Source: Massalongia carnosa
Taxonomy: Eukaryota
Length of the DNA stretch: 64,000 nucleotides
Direction of reading: 5' to 3'
Assembly: GCA_965645245.1 (NCBI GenBank)
Contig: OZ287068.1
Coordinates: forward strand, 3,038,001-3,102,000
Shown: positions 23,349 to 38,576 of the stretch, one piece after another
How positions within the stretch are numbered: the stretch's first letter is position 1
Layout: every line of letters starts with the position of its first letter
The notes under the pieces: model-generated
The model's database searches: none
Seen by the model: only the letters and a program-made list of their open reading frames with translations
Told to the model about the DNA's origin: nothing
Position numbers and translations under genes: made by a program

Positions 23349-25443
23349 AGACTAAGCCTTTCAATTTTTTAAAGCAAAAGGCTAGTGGAAGGTCGTCATC
23401 AAGGGCAAGGAGCCGCAGGCTCTGCTAGCAGGATTCCGTGCGAAGTGGTTGGGATAATCCACTATATCCTCTCCCGCGGGGAACGAATGCAAATTACAGT
23501 TATTTCGGAACTACTTTTAGTATCTATGTCCAGTTAATATTCCCCTAGACTATCAAGAAAGATTTAGCCATACTATGAGCTTTTACTTCTTTCTTGCCAA
23601 CTTGCGATTTTTTTTAGCTGCTATCTCGGTACACCTCATACTCTTCGGAATCTCGAAAGCTTTCGGGCTTAGTGTAGAAGAATACAATCTTGCTGGTTTC
23701 CCGTGCCTCAGTAGCTGCTAAGTATATTAATAAGGGCTGGAGGGAGAACCCGAGGTATTCAGTCAAGGTTCTTGAGATATCGAGCCAAACTACTTCCTGC
23801 CCAAAGAAATTCAAATGGTACAAACCCTTGGAGTTTGCAGAGTTTCGATGAGACAAGTTGGGTCACAAGGAGATCACCAATGGCTATGGAGAATTCAAAT
23901 AACGAAAAGAATCGCCCACGGAGGTCCTACTAGGTATTAGAAAAGCAGCTAGACCGAATATACCCTCTATCCGGTGATACTTGCCCCTATTGGAATATGT
24001 ATTGAGCTTCATTATCCATCAGCCTTTCTAGCCTCCCTTCGCAGTGTCATACCAAGGCTACTAAGGTCGCAAGAGCCCACAAGTATCTTGAACAGACCTT
24101 TCTGCAGGTTCGTATATAAAAAAAATTCCTTGCAGCTTTTAGCCTGTACACCAACCGGACAAATCCGCTCCTCTAGAAAGCGCCTCACAAGTGGGTAGCA
24201 AGGAGACAGGCCCGTTCATCTACGAGAACACAACAGCGAAATTCCTTGGAAATATAGCTTGACCGTCCTAAAACGGTCACAATTATTGTTGGGGGCTGGA
24301 CTACGATAAGAAGGTATGCACTCCTAAAAGTTCTCCCTCCGTGATAAAGAAAACACCATAGGCTTACAGCGTTTAGATATTCGGGATTCCTCTGGCGCTC
24401 CTCCGCATTGGTCTTGAAAATCGACCTCCAGGAGTCTTCCAAACTGTATAAATGTATGACCGGCCCAAATTATGTCCATTGACGCTTTGAACCCGAGCTT
24501 TGGATTTATGCGTGAGACTTCCTTTGCATCCTAAATCTAAGTTGCAGCGCTAAAAGAAATGGCATATGCAGAAAGGCCTACCCAAACCAGTGGAGAAGGC
24601 ACTGGCTCTGATATAGAGTTTGCTCTCGGTTGACATTGGTGACACAAGATAACCAGGAGGGTGATTTTGATGGAAAAATGGGAATCTTTGCTAGGAGCAT
24701 GGTTTGCTAGGGTCTTGTGTCCGAGCGGGATTGTTTTTCTTTGCCGGAAAACCGTGGCCTAGGATGTTTTGTTGCTGAGAGCTTGAGTCTCCGTGGAAAA
24801 TGTGTCATGAAAGTTACTTGGAGGAACGGTGGTGTTCGTGGTGAGCTGGCATTTACGATTCCCTAAATAGGCATAATCGCATTCTCCAAACTTTGATCGT
24901 TTCTGTCATCCAACCCCTACCCAATCGAGGATGTGATCAAATTCCCTTGCACACTTTCGTAACGCCGTGAATTTAGGAGTAGAACCATCAAAAATAGAAT
25001 GCAAGTTTGCCTAGAAATCGCTCGCGCAGTTACCCGTGGAGCCCATCCCATTCACCCCTTTGACCCCTTTTGTCCCCGTAGTTTGTGCGTGGAAAGCCGC
25101 GCAATCGCCGAAGGGAAAGAAAGATGGCCTTTCATATGTACCGCGAAAATTGACCATCCAATTCCGGTCTCTCTCCCTCTCTCTTTCCCCCACATAGTCT
25201 TGTCTCCCGGCAAGCGAGCAAAAATCTCTAATCCCAGACATTCTCAGCCCCAACAGTCGTTCATCTCTCCGTTCGAACTTAGTCTTAGAGTAATCCCTCC
25301 ACACCCGATTCAGTCTTGTCTTTTCCGGCAGCTTCCAAAGAAATTATCATCATCGGCCCATTTGGTCTCGTCGCGTCAACACACACGCCCAACACTACAT
25401 GTCTCATTGACTGACTTTTCCCCTGCTTTTTTTCTCCTTCGTT

Positions 25444-26616
25444 ATGCCACCAGCTACCCTAGAGGATCAGTTCAAGTTCTTGATATCGTGCATCCGCCAC
25501 TCTGACAACGGACGAGTAAGTCTGGAGATTCGTCTTGACTTGTTAGCAATGTCATTATCGCTAAGAAAGGAGATGGAAGCATAAGCTGATCGGTGACCTT
25601 AGGTCGATTTCTCTGAGGTCGCAGCTGAGTGCGTGATCTGTACCAAAGGTGCAGCGTACGTTTCCACTTCGCATTCTCGATAAATACCCAATTGGGAGAA
25701 ATCGTCATACCGTGACTGTTTATGAAAAGGAGCACAGAACTAACCAAGAGCGAGAAATATAAATAGGGCTAAACGTTACGAACGCTTGATGAAGCAACAC
25801 GGCTTGAACCAGCCCGCCAGGGCACCTCGTAAAACAGCAACAGCTTCTGCAAAACTTATTGAGAAGACGCCAACGCAAGAGCTTAAGGCAGCACCTACAA
25901 AACGTTCAAGAAAAATAGCTGCCGATGATGCAAAGCCTAGCAAGCCATTCCGTGGCAAGAAGCGCAAAGCCGCTGAGATGGAGGACGACGAAACCGCCAA
26001 GAGCGGTGATGAGAAAGCCCCCATTACACACCAGAAAGCCAGGAAGACACCGGCCAGGAAAACACCGGCCAAGAAGATGCCTGTTAGGGAAACGCCTGTG
26101 AGGAATACGGCTGTCAGGAAGACGAGTTTTAGGAAGGCTGTCAAGCACAAAGAAGAACCCGAACAAGAATATGTTGATAACAAAGCTCATGCCAAGAGAG
26201 TTGCAAAGGAAGAGACCGAGTTAGACGAGTACTACCACAATTATCTCATGGCAAACGGGTATACAAAAACGATCAGGCTACCAGACCAAGATATCGTCGA
26301 CCCAGATATAATAACTGATCCATCCCACCCCCAATATGATTTTCGGCACACATGGGGTACATCGGAACGCTACGCATTCGTGCCGAAGAAGATTAATGGA
26401 GTGATGACATATACCCTACCACCACCATTACCACCGCAGAATCAATCCGTCGTGCAACAAGCTAGCAACAAGACGCATGTCTCCCGGGAGACTGACCCCA
26501 TTGTACAGCTATCAAATGATGAAGATATTTCAGAGCCCTACCGAATAGTGGACCAAATAGATGACGCTGATCTTTACGATGAATCTTCTAACGAGGACAG
26601 AATGCAAATCGATTAA
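25444..26616 (+). CDS. Uncharacterised Myb/SANT-like HTH protein with histone-H1-like basic repeats (3 exons)
   Basis: Exons 25444-25515, 25603-25655, 25767-26616 with GT-AG introns and branch sites. Spliced: MPPATLEDQFKFLISCIRHSDNGRVDFSEVAAECVICTKGAAAKRYERLMKQHGL, then a K/R-rich tail. Confidence 0.8.
26038..26127 (+). repeat. 15-bp coding tandem repeat (ARKTP ARKTP AKKMP VRETP VRNTA VRKTS)
   Basis: Six degenerate 15-nt units starting gccaggaagacaccg. Confidence 0.85.
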
Positions 26617-28016
26617 GCGGATATAAAATTTTCTTTAGTGGGCTAGATGGCCGTTTACCAATATGCATAGACAGGAATGGAGCATCGATTTTCGGGTTAT
26701 AGTAGTCAGTCATCTCGCAAGTGGTTCCCGCTTCATCCGTCGTGTCATGGCGCTATCTGCCTTGAAGCTTCATGTATTGCGTGAATGCCTGGTTGTCTGG
26801 AAGGAGATCTTCATTCGGTTTCCAGCCGAGCAGCTGCTTAAAATTCCTAGGCTTCACTAAGAGGTAGCATGGTTCATAAAGTGGGTTGGCCATAGGGTCA
26901 GAGAAATGGTTACTCGTAAACGCCATGGTTCAATTAATTGTTCTGATCTGTAACCACCTATCGGCTCAGCTACTCGGTCAATCAGTTATGCAGGTGATCA
27001 TCTAAACATCTACTTGCTTACTTATAATTCAATTATGCATTCGTTCCATCAGCCATTTGGCCATCTAGTTTGCCATCTAACCCACCGGTCTGCGATAATC
27101 CGTTCAGGCACCTTTTTTTTTCTTTTTTCCTCATCCTTTATTGATCTTCCTTTCGTTACATGAAAGAATCGCACAAATGACTAACTAAATGACTCAAGTA
27201 GACGAAAGAGCGAGGCAATTGAACAGTGGATGTGTATCAAAGTAGAATACAAATCGTCAACAACGGTAGACCAGAAAATCATAATCCCCTATTAGCGTCT
27301 CCTAGCCGCTCTTACGCCAGAGTCCCGAAACGCCGCGCGTCTAAATCGCTCCAGAGACGTGGTCTACTGTTCATGGGCTCTACTCTACAACCTCCACCGC
27401 GACCTCCTAATGCTCCCAATATTTGCTTTGAACAGAAATCTCCGTGGCACCCAGTTAGTCAACAATCGTGAATTTGCTGCCTCCCAATAGCGCAACCGGC
27501 GGCACGCTAGACAAGATAGGGGAAGGCGGATGCGGCTTTCGCTGTACCTTTCGAATAGGGGATTTGTGTCGAAGTCAGAGCATCTAAATGCGCTTCGTAA
27601 CAGTAAAGATGAAAATACTGATCGGCAGTTCGCATAGATAAGTTTGGGCAGGTGTCTTGAATTGCATGTGGGGAGGTAGCTAGAGATTTTGCTGTGCTGT
27701 GATTTTAAAGTTCATTGCCAGTGACCATATCCACCCGTCTTCGTATGCCTGTTTTACGTCTGACCAAAAGGGTATGCAAACTGGTAGCAAGATATTTGAT
27801 AGCGAAGCGAAATTCCTAAACCCTTTTGGCCTTGAAACCCTTTTTCTTTCATCTCTTCCACCAATAACCTTTCCAAACAAGATCGTTTCCTGCGATCACC
27901 ACCGTCTAAAGACCCAGACACTGATTTCTTCACCAACGCATTCATCCCATCTAACTTTACCAAACACATCAAGCATATAGTACTTAAGATCTCCTCAATT
28001 TCCATATCCACCACAA

Positions 28017-28827
28017 ATGTCGGTCCCTGCATCCAAGATGACTTGGGATAGTAAGTCGCCTTCTCCTCTTTTGCACACTTTGGCTCCAGCAAGCTTGAAC
28101 CTCACCATTCACTCACCTTGCACATCGCTGTCTCCAATCACCCTCCCTCTTCCAGCCCAGGAATTGTCTTCTCCCTTTCAATTACACTCACTATTCACTC
28201 CTTCATCCTCTCCGGTCGCCAATTAAAACTGTCCCCGCTTCGGCTTGCTCCCTGCTACCTTTCCTAACCTCTTCTGGACATCATTGCTTACAAAAAATAA
28301 CAGCCACTGCCGATCAGCAGCTCCTACTATCAATTCTCGCTGAGCATGCTATTCAAGTCGACTATGCAGCCGTTGCTGCCCGTCTTGGTGCCCACTGTAC
28401 CGCCCGCGCCGTGCAGGAGCGCTTGAAAAAATTGAAGAAGCTTGCCACCGAGCAATCTGCCGGAGGCCTTCCAACAGCTCCTACCCCAATAAAACTGGAG
28501 AAGAATAAAGAGAGAGCCAAAGCCAAGGCTACTAATGCCAATGCAACTGCTGCTAAGGCTACGAAAGGCAGAACCATAGCGAGAGTCGGCAAAGTTACCC
28601 AAAAGAGCCAAGCCACAAACACCCGCGCGGCCAAACGGAAGGCCAAAACTGACGAGATCGACGACCAAGAAGTGCAGGCAGGTACGAAGCGTAAACGCGA
28701 TAACTTGGACAACGATAGCAATGAAACCGATGGATGGAGTGTTAAATCTGGCATTGAAGATGCTCTGAAGGCTGAAGAGGACGACCTGACCATGGCACAG
28801 GTCGATGGGGGTATTCGTTTTCAGTAG
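28017..28827 (+). CDS. Uncharacterised Myb/SANT-like HTH protein (2 exons)
   Basis: Exons 28017-28050 and 28304-28827 (gtaagt...aacag). Spliced: MSVPASKMTWDTTADQQLLLSILAEHAIQVDYAAVAARLGAHCTARAVQERLKKLKK, then a K/A/T-rich and acidic tail. The 3' end could include another intron. Confidence 0.75.
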
Positions 28828-30621
28828 ATTTTGACGCTGTTCCTGACCGCAATGGTGGCTTCTTCCCGAGGACTTGTGGCGGACTCTGCAATGAGTTCGG
28901 CCGCTTCAGTTTGCAAGGGTTGCATAGAGCGGGGGAGGGAATCATAGGCTCGATTTACTATCGCTATTGTAGCGATACGGTATTCCCTTCGATGGAGATT
29001 CAAAGAAAAGTAACATGATTTCCAATACGCTCCGTGACTATACTTCACCAAGCAGATCTCTTTACCTTTGCTGCGGCTCATTTTCGGGCAGACCAGAACA
29101 TTCTAAAGTTACAAAGACACTGATCTTTTATCCCTTTTGTTTCTGAAGTTTGTGTGCTTATGACCAGCCACAGGTCATATTGATATGTGCTTTAGAAGAA
29201 AGTAATCCTCGTGTGGTCTTCACTATCTCTGAGTGAAAGCTCGTTAAATTTACGGCTGCCGGACTCGATACCAGTGCAGATGGTAAGCAACCGAACGCCA
29301 TGGATCTGTGCCCATAGTTACAACTTATGACTTAATGTACACTAGAAAAGGTATGGCTTGGTGTCTTTCTATTTCAAACACTACGCCGTTTTTTCTTTTT
29401 TTTGGCTTCATCAGTCTTTGAAAACAGATGATCGCAGTGGAACGACCAATCCAGCCGCTCCCTTACGATGTCTAAATGCCCTGTTGATATGCTCTGTCAA
29501 TGAAAAGAAGGGCCTTGCACTACTCGGGCCCTGAATCAGAGATACTCAACCTTAGGATCTCAACTCATAATGCCAATGTGCCCCTCATTTCTAGCGTAAT
29601 TGGCCTAAGGACGCGGGGTGACGCGCTATAAGATGATATCTGTAAAGTCCTTAGGTGGTCTAAGCTTGGAGGGACAGGCGCGTAATTAGACCTGGAATGG
29701 CTCGGTGTGTTTATCCAACAGTATCAGAGCGTTAGTTTCCCCAATGATGATTATTGAGATAGCGATTGTAGAATCTATTCGATACTCCAAGCTGTGAGCT
29801 GGCCAATTCTCTTGTGGCAGCTGGCAAGTACATGCTATTCGGCTTGAATCGCATCCGGGAACCCAACAGCAATAGGAACTGGACGGGCTCAGAACCGCAC
29901 ACCGTCCAGAAATTGGGTTCGCAACAAGTGACGTCCAAGGTGAAGGATGAAGTGAATGTGTTTAGCCAAAGCATAACCGTGATACAGCATCACGTAGACC
30001 TTCACCGCCTGAATCAAGAACCTTTTTCTCTACAAATGCCTTTTACCCAGCTCCTACCACCATGACTTGGCGACCTTTGATATAGATTTATTTTGTCCTT
30101 CCTTCTAAAGCTACTCCAGGGTGTGCATATTTTTGATCAATTTTCTGATACTTATCCCTCTGCTTAGCAAAGTGATCTTTCAATAGGTGTCTGGTGAAAT
30201 CTCAGAGGTTGTTTCCGGACGTAGCACTGGCAGTGCTTCTCGGACAAGGTACGTAGTGTAATCGAAGAACGTCGTCCATCCCCGACGTCTAGCCTCTTTT
30301 TCGATTCACTTGGCCGGTAATTCTCACTTATATGGGTGCTCTGGAACAAGGTAGTCAAACGACTAATCAACACTGGTAATCCAAGTAATATCAACCGCGA
30401 TACTTCCAATTTTTGCAATACGGTCTTGCTTTGATCCATCCCTCTCTATCAGCTGTAAACGCTGGTTACAGCTAGTTATCGTTAAGATTGGCCTCGTATC
30501 ATAGCCTTGGGTTTTCGAGGACATCTGTCGGCGCCATCGCCAACAGGCAACATCAGCTCTCGGTACTCTTGTTATTATCCCAGCATTCCGGCTTCACTAA
30601 TCACAACTAAATATTTCAATC

Positions 30622-33104
30622 ATGGCTGGTCAGAAGAATCCGCGGCCAGCAAAGCGACATCTTGTCCGTTGGAATGGTTAGTATTCGTCCTCTGCCTTTT
30701 TCTTGAAGTCATATATGCCCACCTTTCCTTTTATTGGATTTGCGTGCGCATCTAAATATCACGGCCAAATTTCAAGCTCTTCGGATTACTGCAGCCATAG
30801 CATTATAGTTGTATCGCTTGCATAATGCGGTAGTCCTATGGCGCTCTAAGGCCTCATAATAGATGCACGAGTTTTAAGAGAGACCCTCAACGTTCTCAAT
30901 CAGTTTTCTGTATCTTCTTGAGCGATGATCAGACTCTTCGTTGGCCATATTTTGTAATTACTAACATTGGGACAGATGAAATGGACAAGAAATTACTCCT
31001 GACTATTCAGTATGTATGCAACGGCGATGGTGTAAGAATACCGTGGGACAAGGTTGGAAGAATTATGGGTGCCCAAATCAGCGACGGCGCGGTCATTCAG
31101 CATCTAGCAAAGCTGCGTCAACGTATGGTAGCGCAGAATCTCAGTGTTCCCCCTCCTCTAAGACGCGGGGGTGGCTACATGACCACAACGTTTCCAAATG
31201 CCAATCTCGGAAGTGAATCGGTTTCTTCAAAGAAAGGGAAATCAATAGCGGTTGCACGATCCCCAAGCTCTATGGGCGTTAATTATGACGATGAGGATGA
31301 GTTCGACGTGGATAAAGCCTCTGACTCGGGCGAGGATTTTGGCACAACTCGATCCAAGCGGGTCAAACGCGAAGCGAAGAACAGCCGCCGAAGCTCCAAA
31401 GTCAAAGTTGTAGAGAGTGACGATGACAACGAAATTCCGAGTAAGATTGGCGTCAAGCGCAAACGTCAGGGCGAAACGAGTTTTGCTCCCAGTAACGAAC
31501 AGAAAGGGAAAGCCATGTCTTCCAAGGCGATATCCTCAGGTCACCGGTCAACAACAGGCTATGACAGTCATGCTGAAATCGATTCTAGCGACGAAGTGAA
31601 CGATATTACCGTTAAACGTGACCCTGAGTATATTTCCGGCAGAACACAGTTTGTCGGAACAAGCGCCAGATATTTAAGGGTCCATGACCTAGCACAACCG
31701 GAAACGAAAGAACGAAAGGCGGTTATCCAAACATATAGTTCGCTCCAACATAAGTTTGACAGTTCCAGCAAGATTATAGTGCTTCGGTTTGGAGATAGCA
31801 AGCGCTTTGAGAACCTCTTGGAAGACCTGGGGGTTATGGGCCTGCGTTTTGATGACGCCAGCGAGACAGAGTCAAGTAACGACGATGGCGAAGAAGAGAT
31901 CGAAACTCCCTTAAATAACGGCGAGGACGATATTGTCGACGACAGCACCCACGCAGCTGCAAATATTGATTCAACGGCACCAAGCCGCGACTTGCTAATG
32001 GACGTCAATCAGGCCGAGGGTTCAAAGCTGGACTCCCTTCCAACTCAATATGGAATGCCTGGAGTCCTACAAACAGCTCCAGCTGCGACAAAAGGGAATG
32101 TCTCCTACACTCCATACCCACAGCTGGGAAATCTCAGCTTAGGCACAGCCACCTTCAATGATGTCAACCTTCATGTAACCGATCCCCTGTACACAGCGGA
32201 GAAAATGATAGACTCCACGTCCTCATTCTCAACAGGTTTCCAGGAAGGCTCATACGTGGCTCCAGACGGTCCTAGTGCTCACCAAGGTCTCACGGATTCT
32301 CGTAGCTCGTTGACGTCTAGTATGTGGGGAAATGGATACCAGCCTTCAAGTATATCCGAAAGCTACCCGAACATGACTTCGAGTTGGAATCATGAAGAGG
32401 ATACTTATGCTTCTTTGGGAGGGCTGAGGGTCGCAACAGGTTCCGATTTAGATTGGAACAAAATGCCAGGTCCAGCCGCACAAAACAGAAGATACAGTGG
32501 GCATCAAATATCGCCTATTAACTTTGATTCTGCTCTAAATGCCTTATATGATCCACTTTCACAAAGCACTGGATACACTAGTCCAGGAGATTTCAACCGA
32601 GGCGGAGGTGTAACTCTCGAGTACGACAACGGAAATCAAGGAGCTCAGGATCAATCGCATTTGGAAGCTGTGCGAGGACTGGATGTTAATCGTTTTAGAC
32701 CTGAGTATTTGACTCAGGCCATTCCTAATCGATATCAAGATTACCCTGCAGCAAATGGTCCAGATCAACAGAGCTCCTTTCTTGGTAGCCAACAGCCCAT
32801 AACTTCTTATTTATTGCGCGAGGCACCGCAGCCAATGGGAGTTCCAGACAGCGTGGAACCTTTTTTCGCTTCGATTAGCCCCCATGTTACCATTCCTTTG
32901 AATGATGTGTCAGTACCAGATCTCGGGAATTTCCAAGCTCCTCTGGCAACTCCAGATCACGGGAACCTGCATATTGATTATAAAGAGTTGTACGACGCTT
33001 CGATGGTAGAGCCTCTTGATTTGGACTTTTTAACTGATAGTTTCGATAACCCGAGCTTTATAACCGAAGACCATGAAGGTTTTCGTAGCGCATATGGTAC
33101 TTAG
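30622..33104 (+). CDS. Uncharacterised Myb/SANT-like HTH protein with long disordered C-terminus (2 exons)
   Basis: Exons 30622-30676 and 30976-33104 (gttagt...ctaac..gacag). Spliced: MAGQKNPRPAKRHLVRWNDEMDKKLLLTIQYVCNGDGVRIPWDKVGRIMGAQISDGAVIQHLAKLR. Confidence 0.85.
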
Positions 33105-34795
33105 GTGAAATGGCTTCTACTATTCCACTGACTCATAATCCAGCGATACACGCTTCGGGGTATTTATTTAATGCTTCTAGTGCTTTTATTCCTGAGCATT
33201 TCTAGCAATTGAAACAAGGGAAATTTGTGGTAAGTGTACTGATCTAAAAGTCATTCCATTAGCTGATAGTGCAAAGAAAACTGCTACAATGATTTAGCAT
33301 GCTCTTTCAACCTCCTCAACTCTTGGGCTATGCTGGGGGCCAACATAATGCTTTCGTTATTTTCAAGGGACCACGAGCGGAAATTGTTTTTTTTTCTTGC
33401 GATAAGCAGTTTCTAGATCATACAAAAGTTAGTTTAGACAGGTTGAATGCAAGCAGTGTTTCACCACAAATATCGCGATCCAAGCCAGAAAATAGTGTTT
33501 ACAGCTGACAAAGACAGCCAACAGCAGTAAGAAAGATCCAAATAAACAAAGGCTATATAGCCTTTACCAGAGTGAACGGAACGATGGGTACGTGTCAAAG
33601 AACATAAGGAGATTGGCGATTTGGGTACAACGTTACGTGTAGATTTAGCTTTAAAGAAAAACGAAAACGGGGTCTGGTCTTTTCAGGTGAGGCGGGACGT
33701 CTTTCATTCGAAGCGTTATCTGCGAAGCTAGAAGCTGTAAGCAAGCTAAGCTTATTGGAGAGCTGAAAGCAAGCGACGTACATGAAGTTCCTCACACGTC
33801 CATCATGAGGTTATGTTCTTTGTATACACAAGAGATATCAATCTTGGGGCACCACCTAACTTTATGACAGCTATAGGGCAAAAGTTCGTTCCCATCACCG
33901 GGAAGATGATACAGAACTCGCAAGGCCGCCTGTTGTTCAGGAGAGTAACACCTGCTTGTCTCTCGTATAGGAACGAGTGAGTTTTCTCATGCCTTTAAGT
34001 ACTCAACTCATTTGATGCTCAGCGATCGTACCTCGATTTGGATAAAAAAAGCAAGAAATGCACCTGGGAGTGAGCATAGATGGGATGCTGAACAGTTTTA
34101 AGTGCAGAAAGATTATTCACTAGAATAAAAACCTTAGATAGATGGTATTTCGGAAGAAATGCATTTTTACACCAACAGAATCAAGAATAGGAAGAGGATT
34201 GGGTCACTTCACGTTTGCGTTAGTTCGGCTCACATTGTTCTTGGACCAGTGAAGGACTAAATAACTGCAGCTTCGCTATTGTCACCTAACTTGAGACCGT
34301 TTCATCAGAAAGCAATAGCTCAAACACTCGGTAAGGCTAACTCATCCCCTGCGCCAGTCTTCACAGGCTTGATTATTCACAGCGCTTATTGTTCAGGAAA
34401 GCGGATTAAGGGAAGGGTAAAGGGTTTTGGTAAATGAACATGGTCTATGCGACATATAGAAGGATACTATGAATCAACCATGGATTGCCTTCATCATTTG
34501 TCTAGATAATGGGAATCTGGTTGTAGAACTTCCAGTGCAAGATGAGTTGACGTCGAAGAAGATGCAGTAGGGGTAATGCTAAGACTATCACGTGAGCAGT
34601 GCATCGCCATCACATTCGGAGTTATGTACATCCGGTGCCGACGACTCAGAGATGCTTCTCGACGATTCTTACGCTAAAAAATTTCTCGTGTATACTTGTT
34701 GTAGCTCCAGATCCTCATCTCCCCTTTCTAAATCTATCAATCTCGTGTATCACATATCTCCCTACCTTGTTTATTCCCCTTCTACTTACGAAGCT

Positions 34796-36726
<1,931 letters not shown>

Positions 36727-37382
36727 CTGCTTCCATCTTCCAGATGTCCTTGTTATCTCTCGGCGTATCTCAGGATGCTTTGTGGATTGGCCGTTGTCTA
36801 CTCCGTGCGTTCTTTCCACTTACCCCTTGGGTCACTCCACTCAAGCTTGATCCGCATCTGGTTGTTTCAATAGCGTTGTAAAAGCGACCATTCCCATGTA
36901 TCATATTTTTGTACAAAGAAAAAAGTGATGCCAGTCTTACAACAACAACTGAATATGCCAGAAAGTGAACTCGTAATGCAGTGACGTCCACTTGTCTCAT
37001 TTTTAGCCTTGGAATTTTCAAAATACCATTTCTACTGTCGCCTAAAGTCAGGGAGTAATCTGTAGAAACTTTGGACATGCGGTCACGCTAGACAAATTTA
37101 AGCCCCTCACCATAATTTGACCCCTCCACCAAGTAGCCGCAACTCTGAACCCTCCTCATCTTCAGGTCGCCTCTCTACATAAAAGACCACGCATTCCCAC
37201 GGGTCATCCTATTGTATTTCACGCTTTTTGGTATGCGTGAGAAGACGGTCTCAGGAACTACTACCCCATTCCTTTGCGCCAAACCGCCCCATAGCCGTCC
37301 TCAGTGCTGACACCATACCAAGATAGCACCATTTTCGACTCTCCGTACCCCTCGTCTCTCTTAGGTTTTTATCTCTGCAGTC

Positions 37383-38109
37383 ATGGCGAGTACTTTGATC
37401 CCTGGATGAGATCATCCAATTCTCGAATAAACACATGTGCTGACTTACGCCATAGAGTAAATCAGGGTATACACCGCAATCAATTACCTAGGCCTTTTGA
37501 AGATGGACGGCATCATGCTAGCTCTTAGGCTAATACCTCTCTACTATCTAGAGTATCTGTCAGTCCCGAATGTGTTGAAAAGTATAACGAACTCAAGAAG
37601 GGCAAAGTGCTCAAGTATATTATCTACAAGCTATCAGACGATTACAAAGAGATTGTCGTTGAGGATTTTTCGGAAGATGGAGACTGGGAAGTATTTCAGG
37701 GAAAGCTTTTGAACGCAAAATCCAGTCACAGAGGCAAGGAAGGCAAAGGACCGCGATATGCCATCTATGACTTTCAATATGAGCTTGAGGGAGGTGAAGG
37801 AACTAGGTACGCCGCCTCTTGACGAGGTATATTGCAAAACGCTGGTCTGCTAACAATGCCGCAGAAACAAGATTGTCTTCATCTCATGGTCTCCCGATGA
37901 AGGCACTCTCGTCTTTGTAAGCTTTCATTTCTTTCTATCTGACGAGGTCATTCTAATATGCTGCTTACAAGCCCCGGATGACTTACGCTTCTTCTAAAGA
38001 GGCTCTCAAAAATGCTCTACCTGGTCTTGCTGCTGAAGTGCAAGCCAATCGGGACGATGAGATTGAATATGCGACTATCTTAAAGGACGTGAGCAAAGGA
38101 CGACGCTAG
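37383..38109 (+). CDS. COF1: Cofilin / actin-depolymerising factor (5 coding exons)
   Basis: Exons 37383-37385 (ATG), 37456-37466, 37552-37806, 37865-37916, 37972-38109. Protein MSKSGVSVSPEC..KYIIYKLSDD..PRYAIYDFQY..RNKIVFISWSPD..MTYASSKEALKNAL. Confidence 0.93.
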
Positions 38110-38576
38110 AGTTTTGTGACAGCTGTAGAGTGTACGGCCATTATTCATACCTATGTTAATGGCTGTTTTGTATCGAACCGGATTTTGTCAGGGGCGGTGA
38201 GATGCTTTTCTATAGACCTGAGGGCTCTTGAGTATTTTGAAATGCACGAAAATGATGTCCTCTGACTTCCTATGGTTCTGTAGGTGGGCGAATGACCTTC
38301 AGTGTGAAGGATTTAACATCAATCCATGGAGTCTTCTTCCTATCATTCGAGTAGAGTTGGCTTTCATCTCATTCAAAGAGAGAAGTAACTTGGCGTGGTA
38401 ACCTTCCGACTGACGTTACCGACCGTTATCTGCTTTTCTGTACCTGGAACCATAAACCTCGCTAGCTCCTTAAACTAAACCTCTATCGCGCAGCAAAATC
38501 TTTCAACCATCATGAAATATGAAATATGTGTGTACCGTTTCTCCTATGAGCACAGCGTGTGTCCTCAATAATCTTA

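Noticed and set aside
24999..25505. 168-aa ORF upstream of the first Myb-like gene
   Set aside because: Low-complexity translation of a pyrimidine-rich promoter/5' UTR; the real start is inferred at 25444 in another frame.
34523..34535. Possible heat-shock element (gaacttcc) upstream of HSP60
   Set aside because: Only two imperfect nGAAn units; too weak to call.
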